A DNA stretch of 40,909 nucleotides, the filler included, from Candidatus Nanoarchaeia archaeon (GTDB lineage: Archaea; Nanobdellota; Nanobdellia; Woesearchaeales; DATDTY01), in assembly GCA_035290625.1 (NCBI GenBank). It is 3 parts of 3 records of this genome, joined end to end, with 100 filler letters (N's around TTAATTAATTAA, not from the genome) between each part and the next. Parts side by side here need not be neighbours in the genome. Positions count along the whole stretch, not along the records: positions 32,936 to 40,909 come from DATDTY010000084.1; 2 more parts are not named here. One strand, given 5' to 3'. Made by a program: the position numbers and the translations under genes. Position 1 is the stretch's first letter, and every line of letters begins with the position of its first letter. The notes below the pieces were generated by a model. That model saw nothing but the letters and a program-made list of their open reading frames with translations, ran no database searches and was not told the DNA's origin. Below are positions 37,566 to 40,909 of this stretch, in pieces.

Positions 37566-37754
37566 TTAGAAAATCAACGTGTCTTTTTTTGGGAGCTTAG
37601 CAATGGTCGGGGCAGGGCGGCATTGTTTTATCTCCTCTTCCAGCTTAGCCAGGCTCTTGTCATGTGCTACTATCTTATCCCTGCATATCACTATCCACTC
37701 TCCTACATAGGCTGATAAATCCATTCCCTTTGGAAAAACATCCTGGGCTGCCAT
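37566..37754 (-). CDS. DUF5678-like small protein
   Basis: YVGEWIVIC..KIVAH motif, directly upstream of the aspartyl protease. Confidence 0.75.
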   Translation of the reverse strand: MAAQDVFPKGMDLSAYVGEWIVICRDKIVAHDKSLAKLEEEIKQCRPAPTIAKLPKKDTLIF

Positions 37755-37812
37755 AGGTGTTGTATGTGCGTATGTGCTTATAAACCTTTCGCGTTGCCTG
37801 TGTTTTCACAAA

Positions 37813-37935
37813 ACTGATTCTGGACAGGATGGCAGTTGAGGGGAGAGAAAGGGGCAGGATGATCCTCAATCAATGCTGGCAACAGCCTTTTTAGACTTCC
37901 CTTGATGAACCAGGACGGGAGGGGCGTGGGGGTCT
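37813..37935 (+). repeat. Cassette-boundary repeat copy 5
   Basis: ACTGATTCTGG..GGCAGTTGAGGGGAGAGAAAGGGGCAGGATGATCCTCAATCAA..CCTTTTTAGACTTCCCTTGAT..GGAGGGGCGTGGGGGTCT. Confidence 0.85.
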
Positions 37936-37985
37936 ATCCAAATTTCAGTAAATCTTAAATATACTCCTATCCCTGACTGGGTACT

Positions 37986-38494
37986 ATGTTAAGGGTACTC
38001 TTTGACACAAACATTTATGGATTCCTATTAAAGGAAAAAGATTCTCAAGACATAGAAAAGAAAATAATTCAAGACAAGGAGTTCATTGTTTATGGGTATA
38101 GCCCAATAAGAAAAGAGATCCGGGCAATCCCCCGAGTCTCAAAATTAAGCAAAAAGGCAAGGATTAGGATCCTGGGATTGTATGATTCTATCACAGGCAA
38201 TCATTTCCTTAAGGATTCAATACAGATCACCCATTTGGCCAGGAAGTATTATGATTGCTACCGGAATTTTGGAGGCATTGGGATACAAGTATCAGGATAG
38301 ACTTTATGATTGTTGCGTGCGCAAGCCTTAACAAGCTGGATATTGTCTATTCTGCTGACAATAAAACCCTATTGAGCAAGCAGGCTTTAAAGGCGTATAA
38401 ACATATCCATATCAAAGAAAGCTTAAAGCTGCCAACCTTCTTTACTTACGAAGATCTCCTTGTAAGATTCAGAAGCCTAAGTCCTTCAGCTTGA
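37986..38494 (+). pseudogene. PIN-domain (VapC-like) protein, frameshifted near 38270-38285
   Basis: VLFDTNIY...RKE in one frame; IDFMIVACA...VYSADN in another overlapping frame. Confidence 0.75.
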
Positions 38495-38579
38495 AGACTT
38501 TTCTTGTAGAAGCCTCTATAAACTTATTGATGTCTCTAATAAACTCCGCGTCTTTCCCAGGTTCTTTGATACTTTTCAC
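38469..38579 (-). CDS. Putative 36-aa small protein convergent with the PIN gene
   Basis: GTG start, SD AGGAG and TATA-like TTTAAATA upstream; MKSIKEPGKDAEFIRDINKFIEASTRKVFKLKDLGF. Confidence 0.5.
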   Translation of the reverse strand: MKSIKEPGKDAEFIRDINKFIEASTRKVFKLKDLGF

Positions 38580-38646
38580 GCATTATGCAATACTCCTGGC
38601 TTATTTAAACTTTTCGAGTGAGTTCCTGGCAGGGAGTTTTTACCAG

Positions 38647-38797
38647 ACTGATTCTGGGCAAACGATGGCGGGATTCTCCGGTTATGGCAGTTGAGGGGAG
38701 AGAAAGGGGCAGGATGATCCTCAATCAAGGTTTGCAACAACCTTTTTAAACATCCCTTGATTAGCTGCGTATATGGACAGGAGGGGCGTGGGGGTCT
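38647..38797 (+). repeat. Cassette-boundary repeat copy 6
   Basis: GGCAGTTGAGGGGAGAGAAAGGGGCAGGATGATCCTCAATCAAGGTTTGCAACAACCTTTTTAAACATCCCTTGATT..ATGGACAGGAGGGGCGTGGGGGTCT; abuts the stop of the wHTH gene. Confidence 0.88.
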
Positions 38798-39054
38798 TAC
38801 TTAATCTGCTTTAGAGTATCCTCCCCATTCTTATGAACCCTGTACAATTTACCAATCTTATCTTCGGGGTTGAGGCAGAGGATAAGCTTTTGATCCGTTA
38901 GTTCCTTGAGTGTTGCAGAAGCTTGGGACATAGCAATCTTTAATGATCCCTTCACATCATTTGCAGAAACAGGGGTTGAGGATTTGGATACCAGTATCAA
39001 TACGCTTTTTCGTCTTCCGCCCCTCTTTAGCCAGGCAACCAAGCTCCAATCCAT
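38797..39054 (-). CDS. Winged helix-turn-helix regulator (ArsR/MarR-like)
   Basis: SQASATLKEL...LILCLNPEDKIGKLY...GE pattern; divergent from the downstream block. Confidence 0.8.
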   Translation of the reverse strand: MDWSLVAWLKRGGRRKSVLILVSKSSTPVSANDVKGSLKIAMSQASATLKELTDQKLILCLNPEDKIGKLYRVHKNGEDTLKQIK

Positions 39055-39146
39055 ACTCTTGTTTTTGTTAACTGAATATTTAAATTAAGTTAAGAAAACA
39101 TTAAGAAAAAGAAAACCTTAAATAGGGGCAGGGCTTCGCTCATGGC

Positions 39147-39440
39147 ATGAGAAAATGCATTCATTGCAAGCGGGGATACAAAGAATTCATGATGAGCAAT
39201 TATAATCTTGGACTTTGCAGGAAATGCTTTGATGCTTTTGAAGATAGGATTGACAGAGATGACTCCATTGACGAAGTGACTCATAAAATAACCTGCCCAA
39301 AATGCAGACATACTTATGACTTTATCGTTGATGAACAATGCAAGACAAAAAACTGCAATGTCTGGTTTTTCTGGGATGATCTGGACTGCAGGGTGATTGC
39401 ACGATGGGTTACACTTGGAAAAGCTGCCTCAAAGAAGTGA
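39147..39440 (+). CDS. Cys-rich putative zinc-finger protein
   Basis: CIHC, CRKC, CPKC and CKTKNC motifs. Confidence 0.65.
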   Translation: MRKCIHCKRGYKEFMMSNYNLGLCRKCFDAFEDRIDRDDSIDEVTHKITCPKCRHTYDFIVDEQCKTKNCNVWFFWDDLDCRVIARWVTLGKAASKK

Positions 39441-39474
39441 CGTAGCTCCTGAAACCAGAAGAAACAAGGCGCAT

Positions 39475-40116
39475 ATGAAATACCCAAAGATTAATACCTT
39501 ATGGAAACGGGATGCAAACAATGCCATTATTGAAGGAGAGTATTCCTGTCCCGAATTTGGAAACATACAGAGATGGCACATAACTGAAAAGATTGACGGG
39601 ACCAATATCAGGATTGTTTTCACTCGGGAGACGTCAACATTAGAATTCAAGGGAAGGACTGATGATGCAGAGATACCAAAAATATTACTGTCCAGATTAA
39701 AAGACATCTTCACAGAAAGGAAAATTTTGAATCAATTCTCGGATGCGCATACTGTTATATTATACGGGGAAGGGTATGGCAACAAAATCCAACGAGCTGG
39801 TAAACATTACAGGGATGATCGCTCGTTTATTCTTTTTGATGCCCGGATTGACGGTTGGTGGCTGGAGCAGCATAATGCGGCAGATATTGCGCATAAGCTA
39901 TGTGTAGACTATGTGCCTTATCTGGGCATCGCTTCAATAGAAGGGGCAGTTCAGAGACTAAAAGAACAGCAGAAAAGCATGATATCGAATACTCTCATCG
40001 CAGAAGGGATCGTTGCGAGAAGCCATCCTTTAATGCTCTTTAGGGATGGAACTCCTATTATGTGGAAGTTGAAAGTGAAGGATTATGAAAAAACCAAAAA
40101 AGTAATGTTTCAATGA
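39475..40116 (+). CDS. ATP-dependent RNA ligase-like nucleotidyltransferase (Rnl2-like, phage-type)
   Basis: Motif I TEKIDGTN; III LYGEGYG; IIIa FILFD; IV EGIV; V KLK. Confidence 0.85.
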   Translation: MKYPKINTLWKRDANNAIIEGEYSCPEFGNIQRWHITEKIDGTNIRIVFTRETSTLEFKGRTDDAEIPKILLSRLKDIFTERKILNQFSDAHTVILYGEGYGNKIQRAGKHYRDDRSFILFDARIDGWWLEQHNAADIAHKLCVDYVPYLGIASIEGAVQRLKEQQKSMISNTLIAEGIVARSHPLMLFRDGTPIMWKLKVKDYEKTKKVMFQ

Positions 40117-40430
40117 AAAAAACAATATCGCTAACACTTTTGAAACGAGCAGGATACAAAGAATACGAGGATGGTCTGGGCAATAAAACTTTTCAAAAGA
40201 AATTTGTTGATAAGAAGGGTACGAAGTACTATATCCATTGCTCTTACTCTTCCCTTGTTGGAAGGATTTTCTGGGAGTTTTCAATGAACTTAGAGATAGA
40301 ACAAGGAGCTGTGGAATTCACAACAATCCAATGGTTCAACGAGGGCTCAGGAAGGACAATCAAGGATGTTGAGGATTACTTTGGATGGCTGTGGAAAGCT
40401 CATAATAAACCGTATCACGAATTGTATTGA
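40113..40430 (+). CDS. Hypothetical protein (phage-like)
   Basis: 105-aa ORF with ATGA overlap to the ligase gene. Confidence 0.7.
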   Translation: MKKTISLTLLKRAGYKEYEDGLGNKTFQKKFVDKKGTKYYIHCSYSSLVGRIFWEFSMNLEIEQGAVEFTTIQWFNEGSGRTIKDVEDYFGWLWKAHNKPYHELY

Positions 40431-40476
40431 TGGGAAGAGTTCTCTGAAGACGACGGGGAAGGGACGTAGTAGAAGA

Positions 40477-40909
40477 TCACTTATCTTCTTTTCTCAGAAT
40501 AACCACCAACCCAGCAAAAACAGCCAATGAGATGATGTACGACACCAGATAGGTGTTGAATCTCCGGTATCTCAACTCAGCATCACCTTTATACTCATAA
40601 ACATTCGTTGTCCCTTCTAAGGGCTCTTGCTTTCCAAGCTTCCATCCTTTGTTATAGGCATCTGTGAAGATAACATACTTCTTTTCAGGCTTGCTTATTG
40701 TGTAGCTTATAGGGCTGTTTTTCTTGTAACTGAGGGTATACAATGTTTCTAAATCATCGCTTTGATAGAATTTGTTTATTTTATATTTGTTTTTCAATAA
40801 AATCAGAGTATCGGTTTCATTAGCCAATTCTAAATCCGTATCATTTAACAGCCATTCATGCCTTATATAGTCAGCTTCTTTTGCCAGGATAATGTACTTT
40901 ACATTTATC
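40477..40909 (-). CDS. C-terminus of membrane-anchored protein (YfhO-like tail), continues beyond the window
   Basis: Open frame to the window edge; VIFTDAYNKGW motif followed by a C-terminal TM helix. Confidence 0.55.
   Translation of the reverse strand, partial: INVKYIILAKEADYIRHEWLLNDTDLELANETDTLILLKNKYKINKFYQSDDLETLYTLSYKKNSPISYTISKPEKKYVIFTDAYNKGWKLGKQEPLEGTTNVYEYKGDAELRYRRFNTYLVSYIISLAVFAGLVVILRKEDK

Noticed and set aside
33503..38797. CRISPR array or canonical integron attC sites
   Set aside because: Spacing is 0.8-1.3 kb with genes between copies and no cas genes. Only copies 2-3 show a TAAC end, and the arms lack attC-like complementarity.
40440..40470. Possible seventh copy of the cassette repeat (GACGGGGAAGGGACGT)
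   Set aside because: Only weak purine-rich similarity; the CCTTTTTAGACATCCCTT core is absent.

Overview
Archaeal genome-bin sequence. Gene content, leaderless TATA-type promoters and intron-containing tRNA suggest DPANN, probably Woesearchaeota-like; this placement is inference. The window is three pieces joined by artificial N/TTAATTAATTAA linkers (3752-3851, 32836-32935), so linkage across them is unproven. Piece 1 holds a PIN-ATPase-KH (PINA-like) gene and two bPH_2 membrane genes. Piece 2 holds an AT-richer operon of secreted beta-propeller/glycoside hydrolase lipoproteins, mgtE, an RHH + type IV pilus ATPase + platform operon, and tRNA-Phe(GAA) with two introns. It continues with lplB/lplA, a trx-lipA-pdhABC operon with no E3, ychF, Lrp, pgk, VOC, pyrEF and A-type ATP synthase A/B/D. 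Piece 3 is an accessory island of 0.8-1.3 kb toxin-antitoxin/defence-like cassettes separated by six same-orientation copies of an unannotated repeat, followed by a phage-like RNA ligase block. Main unexplained signals: (i) this integron-like, non-attC cassette array; (ii) three MITE-like elements whose inverted termini differ but which share a covarying internal RNA fold, two with 7-bp target duplications; (iii) a caspase-fold protease trio; (iv) an E3-less PDH operon led by a thioredoxin.
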